From contig ADNK01001817.1 of the NCBI GenBank assembly GCA_000320545.1, positions 111,507-175,506 of the forward strand: a DNA stretch of 64,000 nt. Reading direction: 5' to 3'. Below, piece after piece: positions 42,146-54,026 of this stretch (positions are counted from its first letter, which is position 1; the number at the start of each line of letters is the position of its first letter). The position numbers and the translations under genes were made by a program. Under the pieces are notes generated by a model that was not told the origin of the DNA, did no database searches, and worked only from the letters and a program-made list of their open reading frames with translations. This DNA comes from Bigelowiella natans CCMP2755. Its lineage: Eukaryota; Protista; Cercozoa.

Positions 42146-42806
42146 TGCAGCAACTTGCTCATCAACTCCCCGTACATAAATCCCTTTATTCACGACCACT
42201 ACTACTACTACTACAAGCCACTACAACAAGCTACGGCGGTTTTATTGTTATTATTTCGTACCCAGTTACTGACACATTTTGCGTCTGTCCACGGCAATAT
42301 GTTGGCGGTGATATATTAAAAAATAAATAAATAGCTAGTATGAGCAGTAGCATAGTAATAGTAGCGTCTACTTCGATTGTCTTGCATATAACTGATGGGA
42401 GGAAGAAGAGGAAGAAAATGAGATGAAGAAGGAGAATAAAAAGAAAGGGGGCGTTTTGAACACACCTAAATATGTCAGTCTTTAGGCCTCGTTTCCCCCT
42501 CCTTCTCATCCTTTGCCTCCTACCGTGCTAGCGAGCTTCAAGCTCAATTCTTGTCGGACTATAGCCTATTCATATTGTTTTTCTTTTTCTTTTTCTTCTT
42601 GGTTTTTTGTTTTCTTGCTGTTCTTGTCACCACGCAGGTGGGGGATCCCGATCAGAGCATCTATCGTTTCCGAGGCGCTCATCCTGATAACTGCTTTGAT
42701 TTCCCTTCAATATTTCCGGGGTAGCGAAGAGAAAGAAGAGGGGGGGGGGAAGGGGGAGAAAACACATATTATCAATTGAAAGAGTTATGAAATGGACGTC
42801 GGTTTC

Positions 42807-42838
<32 letters not shown>

Positions 42839-43283
42839 CATTATGTCGTGTGTACGTAAATGGTCAGAAGGCTTACATAATTATAAGTACGTTTTAGATA
42901 TCTTCAGCACAATATTTAAACGCATCATCATCTGAATGGTATGGAAGGTGCACAATCATGAAGCTAGAGGAAAACTACCGAAGCACGTGCATGATCCTTA
43001 ATGCGGCCAATAACCTCATCAAGACCCTGGCAAAGATGAGGAGAGATCGCAAATCATCTGAGGTAGGAAAGAAAGAACAAACAGAGAGAGAGAGAGAGAG
43101 AGAGAGGATGGGGGAAGGGGAGAAAACACAAGCACAGTGTAAATGTCGATAATTTATGTGCAGCATAAGATCGTTGTCATTCTCATTTAAATACAGCCTC
43201 TTTTTCTCTAAATGTTTTTATGAGGAGTCGCCACATCAAGTGATGAAAATATGAATGTGTTGTATTTATACATCTCGTCGTCG

Positions 43284-43314
<31 letters not shown>

Positions 43315-45400
43315 GTATCGTCCAATTTCCAGACGATGATAGTCAATGCCGATTCGTACTCAAAGAAGCTCTTTAACCCGAGAAAACCTACTGGACCGAA
43401 GGTAGTAACTCGAACGATGTATGTATATATATATATAATAGAGAGAGAGAGAGAGAGTGTGTGTGTGTGTGTGTGTGTGTGATCTCTATTAAGTCGTCGT
43501 TTGTTGATCACGGCTGCTTGCTGCTGTTGATGATGATGAGGTGGAGGTCGCAGGGCTACACAACGAGAAGGAAGAGGCTAAATTCATCTTCCAAAGGGTA
43601 TTTTGTATGCATGCTGTCGTAATTAGTGAAGGAAGAAATGATACTTCTGGGGTGGGGGGTTAAAGAGGAGGAGGAGGAGGAGGGAGATGTTAGAGATCAC
43701 ACGACAGTATTTGGTACATGAATTGTTGATCAGATCCTAGATTTGAAAAGCCAAGATGTTCCGCTCAACGAAATCGCCGTTCTATCTCGCTTTGGAAGGT
43801 GTGGTGAATATGGGGGAGTTAAGGGGGGGGGGGAGGGGGGGGACAAGCAGTTGATAATGGACACTCATCTCTCTATCGATACCAGCTTGACGGTGAGATA
43901 TGCGGATTGTAATGTTCTTCTTGTTTGTTCCCTTCTTGTCCGCAATATTTTGCCTACGAATGACGACATTTGAAAAAATAGGGACGCTACGGTGTCGCAG
44001 CTGGAGAAACTCTTAATAACCGAGAAGCTGCCCTACATTAAAGTCATAAGAATTCACTACATTTATGTACATGTACCATGCACACATACAAACACATTCA
44101 ACTTAGACTTTTACATATTAATATATCCCTTTTGAAAAAGGTCGGAGGTGTAAAGCTAACCAACCAAGCTCATGTAAAGGATGTATTCACCATCTTGAGG
44201 GTGCTGGCGAATCCTACGGATAGATCTGCTTGGCTGAGACTCATTTCCATTCACAAGTAGCAGTAGCAGTAGTAGTAGTAGTTGTTCTTGTTCTTGTAGT
44301 GATGTCCTAGATCGATTGGACAAAACAAACAAAGCAACATCAAATAATTATACTGTAGGAGGCCAACCCCCCCCCCCCTTATTAGCAGATATACCAAAAA
44401 GCATGCACAATACAACCCCTCAAACAACCCAAAATAACACAGAGGATATGGACCTAAAAAGGCCGCAGCTTTGGCTAATGAGCTGTCCCAGGTGGTGGTG
44501 CTAATAGTAGTAGTTGTTGTTGTTGTAGCCAGTGTTTCCTCCTGACCTACTGTTTATCATAATGTACTTCTGTTGCCTGTCGTCTGTATATATCAAGAGC
44601 AGTAACACATCCGTTCATTTTCGTACTGTCTGTATCGTGCTTCTGTTCCTCCTCTTTCCCCTCTTCTTCACCTCATCATCCCACTACTACTTTATTTACC
44701 ATTTCATCAGTTGGGAAATTCGGCCTTCTCTTCATTAAAGAAGCAGCCCCCCCCAGGACTTAATAGCACAGTTGCATTGCTCACAAAATACGCTTCTTCT
44801 TCGTCAAGTCAGGTAAATGGACATTGTATTTACCTTCCCACCTTTCGTTAGATCTGGCATCTTTCTTTCTATCCCCTCGGATTTTTCCCTGTACTATTCT
44901 TTTATTTCCATCCTTTTCTTTCCACCCCCCTCCCCCGCTGGGTGAGGTTATCGTTCGTTCATCTTCATCATCATGATCTTCATCATCCTCGTATGTATTA
45001 CAATATAATAACGACGAAATGATTCTTTTTTTTTAAGAATAAGCTGAGCATTACGATTTTGTTAATGTCAACTGGAAAATATTGTGTGATGATCAAAATA
45101 GGATGCATCATCACCATCATCGCCTAGACACTACGATCCTCTGGAAGACATTGGAGGTGAGGAGGGGGAGGATGATGAGTGTCGGGTTGGACTGGTTGGC
45201 GAAAGCTCTCTTGAACTAAAATTGTCATCGTTGTCATTGTCGTCATCACTGTCCTTTTGAATTGCCAGCCAATCCAAGCGACGTATATGAAGATGCTCTG
45301 GAATGGTACACTCCGTTGATTGCTTCAAGGTCATAGTCGTAGCAGTAGTAGTAGTAGTAGTAGTAGTAGTCAGTACAGTACGTATTACTGATGACTGGAG
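29600..45400. repeat. Dense field of intronic microsatellites: (TA)n, (CA)n, (GA)n, (TAG)n, (CAT)n, (AAT)n, (CAG)n, (AAC)n
   Basis: Directly visible in most introns of the DUF445 and helicase genes. The same pattern occurs in the SpoU, MYBBP1A, AP2 and 58-62 kb genes. Confidence 0.95.
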
Positions 45401-46860
45401 AGAATAATTAATGAATACTTGGAGGATCAGAAAGTATACTTCTTTTCAAACAGGAAATAATAATATACAGCTAAACAACTACTTGCCTTCCTCCCCCCAC
45501 CCCGTCCATCAACTTATTACGTTATATATATTGTCCGCTTGCTGGGGTTGTAGGTTCCCGAATGATTACGATCGTCGCCTTAAGATGCTCAATGATGAGA
45601 AAATGAGCATGCATCAGGTTTCAGCCCATTCGTTTTAACATCCTGAGATCATGATACCTTCTTTTAATCTTGCAATGAAAATCATAATTAATGAGATCCC
45701 TCTATATTTGTTCCACCGACGGAACAAATCCCAATGTTATTACCCACCATCTATCAATTGTCGTCACTATTTTGAAATCTGAAGGAGACCGTCTTGTTTC
45801 TTTCTTTGGATGTTGCCTTGTGCTAGTTTCATAAGTCCCTTCTCGCACTTACAGCCTCAAACATTAGCAGAAGGCGTATATACTTGTATATTCTTTGCAT
45901 ATGTGCATCTTCTAATTTTCTCCAAATTATAATCAAATTGTGTATATACTATCTGTGCGTGGGTATATGATTTGGGACAGTTCGATACGTTAGAGGAGGC
46001 AATTAATCAATATGCCCTCGATGCGAATCGAGATGAAAAGGTATGGAAATTAGATTTTAACTGATACAGTTGGATTAATTGCGTACAAAAACTGGTGTGA
46101 GTCTTGGAATCTATGTAATTACGTGTGGATTATAGAAAGAGATAATGCTCTCAGAAATTATGGTGATGTTTTTATGCAGGGTTTTAATGCTACCGAGGAG
46201 TTTCCTCTCGTATTGAGTACTGTGCACTCCGCAAAGGTGCTACTGCTGCGGCTGCTGCTGCTGCTGCTCGAATATCTGTACATATTCCATCTGTCTTCTC
46301 GCCTAACATCGACATAACTATCTCACCTGTGCTATACTACCAGTCAAATTGCCCTGAATCCAGTAGTTTCAGCATCCAAACTATTTTTCCCATCATCCAT
46401 GCCTCCACCATCAATTCCATGGGTTAAATGCTGCTGTCTTTGTTGTGATATTTACTTGCTGTGGTCATATGTCAGGGATTAGAATACCACACCGTGTTTG
46501 TTGCCGGTTGCGTAGACGGAAACTTTCCTGCATTTTTCGTACAGAAGGACAGAGATCCCGATGCGTCCCTTGAAGAAGAAATTAGGGTTGCTTTTTAGAA
46601 TAAGGATTGCAAATGCTTTGTCCTGTATTGCAGAACGACTAGTCTGCCTTTCATAATTCATTGCTATCTCTCAGGTTATGTACGTGGCCATCACACGCGC
46701 CCAAGAACACTTGGTTATCACGTTGCCCTTTGAAAAGTATAGTCAGTTTCAGTGGTCTGGGTCGAGAAATGACCACAAGCCAAGCCCTTTCTTGCCTCAG
46801 TTGGGAGATGGTGTCAATTTCATCAAGCAAGAGGATGACATCCTTGATGCTTTGCAATGA
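36053..46860 (+). CDS. UvrD/PcrA/Rep-family (SF1A) ATP-dependent DNA helicase with an N-terminal targeting leader
   Basis: Helicase motifs appear in order across many small exons: LSKLNQQQR, GPLLVVA|GAGTGKTTTLVSRV (motif I, about 38138-38180), ILLLTFTRK (Ia), GTFHAYCAAIL, DEVQDTN (II), VGDPDQSIYRFRGA (III), KLEENYRST (IV), IAVLSR, LSTVHSAK|GLEYHTVF (V) and MYVAITRAQEHL (VI). Stop at 46858-46860. Confidence 0.92.
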
Positions 46861-47735
46861 ACTATGTAGCGCAACTTTCAAAATTATGACTTTATGTGAT
46901 TGTTCATGTTGTTTTGTCTACATTTATGCATGAAAATCGTGATCCATCGATGTCTGAACGTGCTCATGCTTACAGCCTAGTGCATAACATTGAAATCTGC
47001 GCAAGCGTCGCTTGTTGCACGGATCTAGTCGTCATCGACTTTTCGGTAAGACTACCGTCAATGCCATGTGTACCCTGCTAGCCTGCGACGCAGGCTCCTA
47101 ATAAATGTAGGCTTAATAAATGTGAATGTGCATAAAAATTGCTTTTTCTAAGTGTATATTACAACAGGCATCTAGCTAGCGTACGCTACAAAGCTACATA
47201 GCTAGATAGTGTGGCGCATGCCAGGACTTTGCTGGTCACACAACTTCACAACGATGCACCGCCAGCGCATGCACATGTGCACAACAGCGTTGCGTGCGCT
47301 AGCAGCGTGGATCAAATAGGTCTCGGCGTTTGGTTTGATACGTACGACTGTAGTGGTGCGTGACATATAGTGCACCCTCTAGAGACTCTAGACCCAGCTA
47401 GCCAGGTAAATATCAGAATACTGTGTCCTAGTGTCGATTGACGTACGATGCGTATATACAGATCTACCGAATAATGCGAGCATTTTCGCCCCCCATATAT
47501 ACTTCTAGCAGAGCTTTGGCAAACTAGCTAGCTGGTGTTTTGCTAACGCAAGCGCCCGCGAGCAGCGATAGAGGTCTCAAAATTGAATTATTACTCATAC
47601 ATGTACTTCAATCTACTCCTGCAGAATCTAAATGTTCGATACAGCTTATTCGCTGCTATATATAGCCTTTCTTCTTGGTGGGCAAGCGAGCGTTGGCTAA
47701 ATGCTCGCGCTTGTCGGGAAAAGGAAAAACACACT

Positions 47736-47771
<36 letters not shown>

Positions 47772-47958
47772 TAGCCACATTCATGCATGCGTGCACATGT
47801 TGCCATGACATCTCAATTATCATATGTGCTCAGAACACGATCAGCATATGTAAGTTTGGGCACACCAAATTATGAGCGCGTTCTATATGATATCATTCTC
47901 AGCAGCGACTGCATATTTCTCTCGATTCTCTCCACCTACTTTCGCACCTCCTACCCGT

Positions 47959-49749
47959 TTATCGCCCTATTTTTCGCCATGCAAACGTCAATGCCAGTGC
48001 GTCGAGGTCTTCGAATACGAAATCAGGAACCTCCCGGTCTACAGGCCATGGCATCAGCAGTTCCGGCCGCTCTTCGAGCAAGAAGTCTTGCACAGCAGCA
48101 TCGTGACTTGGCAGCTCCCTAAGCTCCCAACCCATTAGCAGATTTTTCGTTGCCATATACAGCGCGATGAGGGTCAGCTGTAGCGGCTGGCCTGCGAGCT
48201 GATTCATAAGCGCTTCGAATTTATCGGGGAAGGCTATTTCATCCTCGATACCCACTCTGTAGTCGCTCTGCTCCTCCACCAGATCAATTCCGAGCTCGTT
48301 TGCCATTGCAGCACGTTGCGCTAGAGTATTGACACCCCTCAAAGTGCCTACGATCCTTGTGTAGAAGCCCCGGACCATGGGCAGCTGGTAGGGACTTGGG
48401 GTGCTCTTCATCAAGGAGTGCAGCTTGATTCCAGGATATAGACCGCTGCTCGCGAGTTTACTGTCCACATGCACAGCGGAATCTAAGAATGTGGTCAGTT
48501 CTTCGACGTAGGGCTCGATTACAGCCTCTACATCCCCCATGGTGTCTACTAGTGCGATAGCGGTTGATGAGCCCCCGCCGTCCGTGGTGGGGAGGGCGGA
48601 AAAGTGCTGCATAATCCGCGCAAAGGTCTGGACGATCGCCGGTCGAGCCAGTTCCATCTGCTCAGAGAGCATTTCATATGCCGCGTGGTGGCTTGAGAGC
48701 TCATCAAAAACCACAAGGACGTGCATGCCGTTGTCGCGGAAGAAATTCGACATGGTGCTGGCTACCATAGGGGCGAGATACTGGAGAACAGGACCGCTAT
48801 CTTCTCCAGCGTGGATTATGATAGAGCGCTCGAGAGCGCCAATTTTCCTGATCTTTTCCTCTATCTCCTCCTGCCCTCGTCGAGATCGTCCAATGGTGAC
48901 ATATATGTAGAAGTGGGCATCGTCTGCTTCACCTACTCCATCTATTCCTGCTTCTGTTGTCGCACTTTCCTCATTGAGCAGCTGCCCTGCCATGATGGAC
49001 AGTGCAGTGTCCGCCTTCTTAGTGTTGCGAGGCCCAAGAATGCCGAACTTGCCGCCTGCGACAAGGGGTCGGAAAACGTCCAGGCATTTGAGCCGGGTAG
49101 AGATGAACCGAGGACACACCAGTTGCTTGTGTGGCTTCATCTTCTCAAGATTCAGATCGTAGAAGACTGTGTCCTCTCCAAGCTCACTCAAAGCACAAAC
49201 ATCACTATCATACTTAGTAGTAGCCGAATCGTCTGCCCCCTCTCTAGGGTCCTCCGATGATGATGTTGATGAGGAAGACGACGACTCGTTCATTGGTCTG
49301 CCCAGTGCATCGAACACTCGACCAAGGGAACCAGATCCCACTGGGATTGAAAGCGACTTATGAAGCCGGTAGACATTTTCACCGTTTTCTACAGAATCGC
49401 CGTCGCCAAGTATGGCGGCGCGGACGAAGTCGGTCCTAATCTCCATCACGATAGCTTCCACCCCAGAAACAAAGCGAAGGATCTCACCGATATGTACGCC
49501 TTCGAGTCCCGTTAGGGTAGCCACGACGCCTTTTCTATTTTTGACGACTCCAGTAGATTTTGACAAAGCAGCTTGAGGTTCATTTCGCATATCGTCCTTG
49601 CTCTCTTTCTCCACCTTGCTGTCCTCGAGGTTCGCGAAAACGTTCATGGATCGATACGCCATGGGCAAGCGAGTCGGCAATGGTGACGAACCTAAAGCCC
49701 ACCATTGTCTCCGAGCTCGGAGCATACCGGCCCATGTTCGTCCATGCAT
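47959..49749 (-). CDS. Divergent F1-ATPase alpha-subunit-like protein; intronless, with a putative mitochondrial presequence and a degenerate nucleotide-binding loop
   Basis: Single 596-aa ORF, colinear with ATP synthase alpha: TGVVKNRKGVVATLTGLEGVHIGE, SIPVGSGSLGRVFDALGRP, TRLKCLDVFRPLVAGGKFGILG, YIYVTIG, LQYLAP...NFFRDNGMHVLVVFDELSSH and GGGSSTAI. The first 40 aa are Arg-rich with no acidic residues. Confidence 0.88.
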   Translation of the reverse strand: MHGRTWAGMLRARRQWWALGSSPLPTRLPMAYRSMNVFANLEDSKVEKESKDDMRNEPQAALSKSTGVVKNRKGVVATLTGLEGVHIGEILRFVSGVEAIVMEIRTDFVRAAILGDGDSVENGENVYRLHKSLSIPVGSGSLGRVFDALGRPMNESSSSSSTSSSEDPREGADDSATTKYDSDVCALSELGEDTVFYDLNLEKMKPHKQLVCPRFISTRLKCLDVFRPLVAGGKFGILGPRNTKKADTALSIMAGQLLNEESATTEAGIDGVGEADDAHFYIYVTIGRSRRGQEEIEEKIRKIGALERSIIIHAGEDSGPVLQYLAPMVASTMSNFFRDNGMHVLVVFDELSSHHAAYEMLSEQMELARPAIVQTFARIMQHFSALPTTDGGGSSTAIALVDTMGDVEAVIEPYVEELTTFLDSAVHVDSKLASSGLYPGIKLHSLMKSTPSPYQLPMVRGFYTRIVGTLRGVNTLAQRAAMANELGIDLVEEQSDYRVGIEDEIAFPDKFEALMNQLAGQPLQLTLIALYMATKNLLMGWELRELPSHDAAVQDFLLEERPELLMPWPVDREVPDFVFEDLDALALTFAWRKIGR

Positions 49750-49919
49750 AATCCTTTTTCAGACCCTCAGAGGGGGCACAGACGTAGGCGTGGGGGCTAC
49801 CTTACGCAACTGCCTGGAACCTGGAAGTGGTAAATCAAGAAAATCATGAGGATTTCCCAAGGGATTTCGGGCATGAGACACGATTTTTGCCTTGTCGCGT
49901 TGTCTCTTAATTCTTTTTC

Positions 49920-50550
49920 TTTCCGCGTCCCAGCTCCTTCCTCCCTCCGGCAGCGCGCTTGGATGATGCTGTGAGACCCTTGATTTCAAACTCTGTGCGA
50001 CACGTCCAGACACGCACCAGCAGCTAGGGGCTGGAGGGGCAAGCCTGCACGGTCCAGCGCAACGGCGCCTACGCTTGCATGCAGCCATCATGATGCGCGC
50101 ACACACTTTTGATTCGTTCATCGACAGGAAAATTTTGTTGAATTTTGATTGCCAATTCCGATGAGCAGCAAGCATCATTGCACGCGAAAATGTCACATAC
50201 AAGCTCGATGACGGAGCTGGCGGTTTTTTTGTTGCGTCCCATCACCGCTCAGCAGTGATGTCTTTCACCTTTGATGTGTGGATGAGCAAGGTGCGCGAGC
50301 ACGTCGCTGCGACTGTCACTGCGGATGTGACACAGCAAACTGCATGCCCATTGTAGCTGATGCTCTCCATTGAGTTTTGGGTTTGGCATCATGGCACGCC
50401 AAGTGCATGACAGTGTGCATGTAACATCATGCGATCATTCCATTCCACACACGCGCTACTTGTGTGTGCCGTGAGGTGCAATTCGCGTCGATGATCACGC
50501 ATGCAGTCAACATGCACAGACAGTCACTCCAACACAAGAATGTCACCGGA
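49920..50550. repeat. TpA-depleted island, probably a mutated repeat or transposon relic
   Basis: About 6 TA dinucleotides in 630 bp by hand count, with many TG/CA and retained CG. No recognisable gene. Repeat status is inferred. Confidence 0.5.
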
Positions 50551-50772
50551 GTAGTACTGCAAGTATCGCACGGACTAAGTAATAATCGTAACCACATCGA
50601 AGCTGCGATTTCTCCTTACACATCAGACATAGTACCCCCATTATAAGTGACTGGGTGAGATTTTTGGGACACTTGTAATCCATTTAAAAAATCGGCTACT
50701 TCTAGGGTGGCTATCTCCTTTGCTGTCACGAACAAGTTGGTGAAGCTCGCGTTCTAGCGGCGTAGATACAAC

Positions 50773-52874
50773 CTACATCGACGTCATTGTCGCTGTAGGT
50801 GTTGCTTTCACTCTGGCAATAGACTTTTTAGTGAGTAAATGAAGAGAGAGTTGGTGTTTTAGTCTACTGTTGACATCGTTTGAAAAGTACGGCGATTTGC
50901 GATTCTTAACATCTTCGTGAAGTTGTGGAACTACCTCGACATCAATGAAAGCAGCAGTAACAGAAGTAGTAGCAGCAGCAGTAGACCATCCAGTTGCAGT
51001 ATGCTGCCTCTGCTTCTGCGTCTGCTTCATATTTTTTGTCGTCGGTGTCATATTGACTGTTCCTGGTGGTTCATTCTTGGTGGCTTTTCCTTTTGTTTGG
51101 AGATGCCACGGCTGTTGATGGTTGTGCTCTTGTTGTTGTTTATGCTCTTGCTGTTGCATTCTCATCTTTAGATCTGGTGAGGATTTCAGCCTTTCCCCAA
51201 TCGTTACCATCATTTTCTTCGATTTCCTAGCACCTTTACTGCTCCGTCGTTGTTTCGTTGATCCTTTCTTTTTCTTTTTCGAATTTTTGATCTCTGATGA
51301 TGCTCCCGCAACACTTCTCCCAAGTACAATGGGTGTGCCGTCGATCTTCACCCAAAAAAAGTATCGTGACCGTCAGAAACATAACAAGAACATTTATCGT
51401 AACAATGACAATGCTGCTAATAAATTATATGCAAACATACTCATCAAAACAAAACTAACATTTAGTATCATGTACGATTCTCCTACCGTATTGCGTTCCA
51501 AGTCGAATACGGCTCCAGAATCACATAGATCATCCTCAGTAACGACCTGTAGTTGCACCCATTCATATTATCAAGTTGATACTATATAACAACGATAGCA
51601 TCACGCTATCATGTATTCTGGACCGGCAAGTATCACCTGCCCAATGACGATAGGCCACCTCGTCCTCCCAAGAGGGAGATAGGTACTTTTCTCACTGGTA
51701 TTATTACCGCTATTCTTTCTCCGTTTTTTTGTTTTTCCTGAGTTTGCCTCAGTTGCTGCAGTAATGGGCTCAACGCAATAGGATGATAGTCTCTTTCGGG
51801 GCTAAAAATAGAATTAGAAAACAAGTATATTGCTTCTTCAATACATGAATTTGATGTCGATCGACATATAAAAATGTCTTCTATCAATCACCAAATCTGA
51901 TTACGTTAACAATTTACAACCTGTTCGACCCGCTGTTGGCTCTGGTGCTGATAGAAGTGCTGGTTTTGTGCTCTCTTCGTATTCTTCCTGCCGCTATCTT
52001 TCCTTGTAAACCTATGTTTTGTCTCATCCATTTTAGGAGTCTGCTTATTCCAAGATATTTTCCTGGTCTTTCCTGCAACATTACAATAATCATGGTGTGG
52101 TCGTAGCAATTGCATATGCTCCCTCCTTTTTTTAGCAACTCTCCTGCTTGCTGATAAGGGAGAGAGGGGCGACTGCTTGCTTCGCTTCCTCCGTTCAAGC
52201 TGCTGCTGTTGATGTAGGGTCCTTGACGGAGAGATGATATTTTGGGAGGGTTTCTGTCCCCTAGCCCTTTCTAGCATCCCATAGTGAGAGGGAAGTTTGG
52301 AAAGAGAGTAGGAAGATGACACAGAAAAAGAAGCACCATTTAAAGGCAGCCTGTCGCAGACGGCATGCCGGTCCTCTGTTTCATTGAGCGCATCGATGTT
52401 GTCATCATTTAAATGCCAGCCAGGGACTTCTGGAAGGACAGAGAGGAATCCCAGGCTTTGTGAGCCAGTGGAGATTATCGGTAAAGCAGGTGGAGGGGAG
52501 GTTGGAGTTGGTTCGAAGTGACGGGAGAGGGTCACGTCCACCGTAGAACTACCGCTGCCTCCTTCGAAAGGAATGACCGGTAAAAAAAGTTTCCCAAGAA
52601 GAGGGCTCGTCAATGAAAAAGCAGTATCAGCGTTTTTCCTCAACATAGTATCGCTCTCTGAAATTGCAAACATCGTTAGAGAATCGTGCTTAAGAATATG
52701 ATCCAAAAAAGGATGTCGCCGTCAGTGTTTTCAATGTATTTCCTTTCGCCATAAATAATTTTGAAACTGAACATGCATTGCTCCTTCGATGATAAACTCG
52801 AAGGCATTTTATTTCTGTGAAGTCATGTACTATCTTCGTACACATCTTCGAAGTTCCGGAACAAAACTTTCCAT
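50773..52874 (-). CDS. Hypothetical multi-exon protein, largely low-complexity
   Basis: Consecutive minus-strand ORFs (51906-52706, 51633-51887, 50773-51351) are linked by plausible GT-AG sites, giving ERIAVIIPVRK|VVTEDDLCDSGAVFDLERNT|IDGTPIVLG. No family recognised. 5' end uncertain. Confidence 0.5.
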
Positions 52875-53739
52875 CCGGTTCCTTCGAAGAGTAGTACGGT
52901 TCGGAGGGCGGAAAAGTTGTTCGAGAAAATTATGATTAGTTTTACAAAATAACTCAGTTTTACCCAAACGGTGGGAGTAGTATGGCCTTGTCAGACAAGA
53001 CGGGGGGGGGGGTTCCCACGTCGCACACTCGTGTGGATACAATTTTCCGATCCGCGGCGACGAAAGAAGGAAACAAATAACGCTCCCAGTTTCTCAAATA
53101 AAATGTCCGTCCTGAGTTGTCTCTAACTCCAACTATCCTGCGTTTCTTGCTTTCTTTGGGGGTTTGTTTGGAGAGCTATGTTGCTTGTGCTCTTTCTAAA
53201 CGAGGAACGTCTTCAACTGAGCTTCTTCCTCATCGGCTCGAAGAAGTATGTCGTCCTTGACAAACGAATCCGAAAGGCGACGACATCTACGATTCTATGT
53301 TTTTCGAAATTGAATGGTAGAGCGATGACGTAGAGGGAAAATGTCCTACGTAGAGGGGCATAATATCAAACTCCAAACGCCGCTCCTGCACGGGAAGTAG
53401 AGTTGCGGGAGGAGCTCCTCCCTCTCGTGTTGGCTCCGATAAAAGGTGGTGGCAAAATTTGTGGAGAAATTTGTGGCTTTGGGTGAACGTCGTAAAACGT
53501 AGTTGTGTTGCGAAACCTGATTGACGCTAACTGCTGTTAACAACTTGAGTGCCTCCTCCCGTAAGCAGCTCAATATCTATCCAGCAGAATACTAATATCC
53601 GCATTCGTGGCCCGATTGGTTCTTTCTGTGAACCATTTCGTTATTTTTCGTCTGCGGACAGCATCTATCCTCCTTCGCGAAGCTTACATGATGAATGAAT
53701 ACCATGACTCTATAATAATGCCCCATGCTGGCAAACAAA

Positions 53740-53778
<39 letters not shown>

Positions 53779-54026
53779 GAGCGGCTGATCCTCTCTTACT
53801 ATATGTGTATGCTACACAGACTAAGCTCCTTTCACCAGCTACAATCGACCGTCTGTGAACTTAGCAGCAGCTACAGGAGGAGGAGGAGGAAGACCTACCT
53901 ACCTGTCTTCACACTGCTGGAACCATAAGTACCCCAAATCCAAGCGGGGCTCCAAGATGTTCGCGAACATTGCCGTTCCCTGTCGGCGTGGTCATCGTGG
54001 TGTTTCTCATCTTCGACATCGTAGCG

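Noticed and set aside
10165-45640. Dozens of short ORFs made of poly-Y/I, V/C, H, M, L or S runs
   Set aside because: They are translations of intronic microsatellites, or antisense shadows of real exons, not genes.
47959-49749. NUMT or canonical atp1/atpA
   Set aside because: Open frame with nuclear-like GC content, an added presequence and highly divergent motifs. It is neither a recent organellar insertion nor a canonical subunit, so no gene symbol is assigned.
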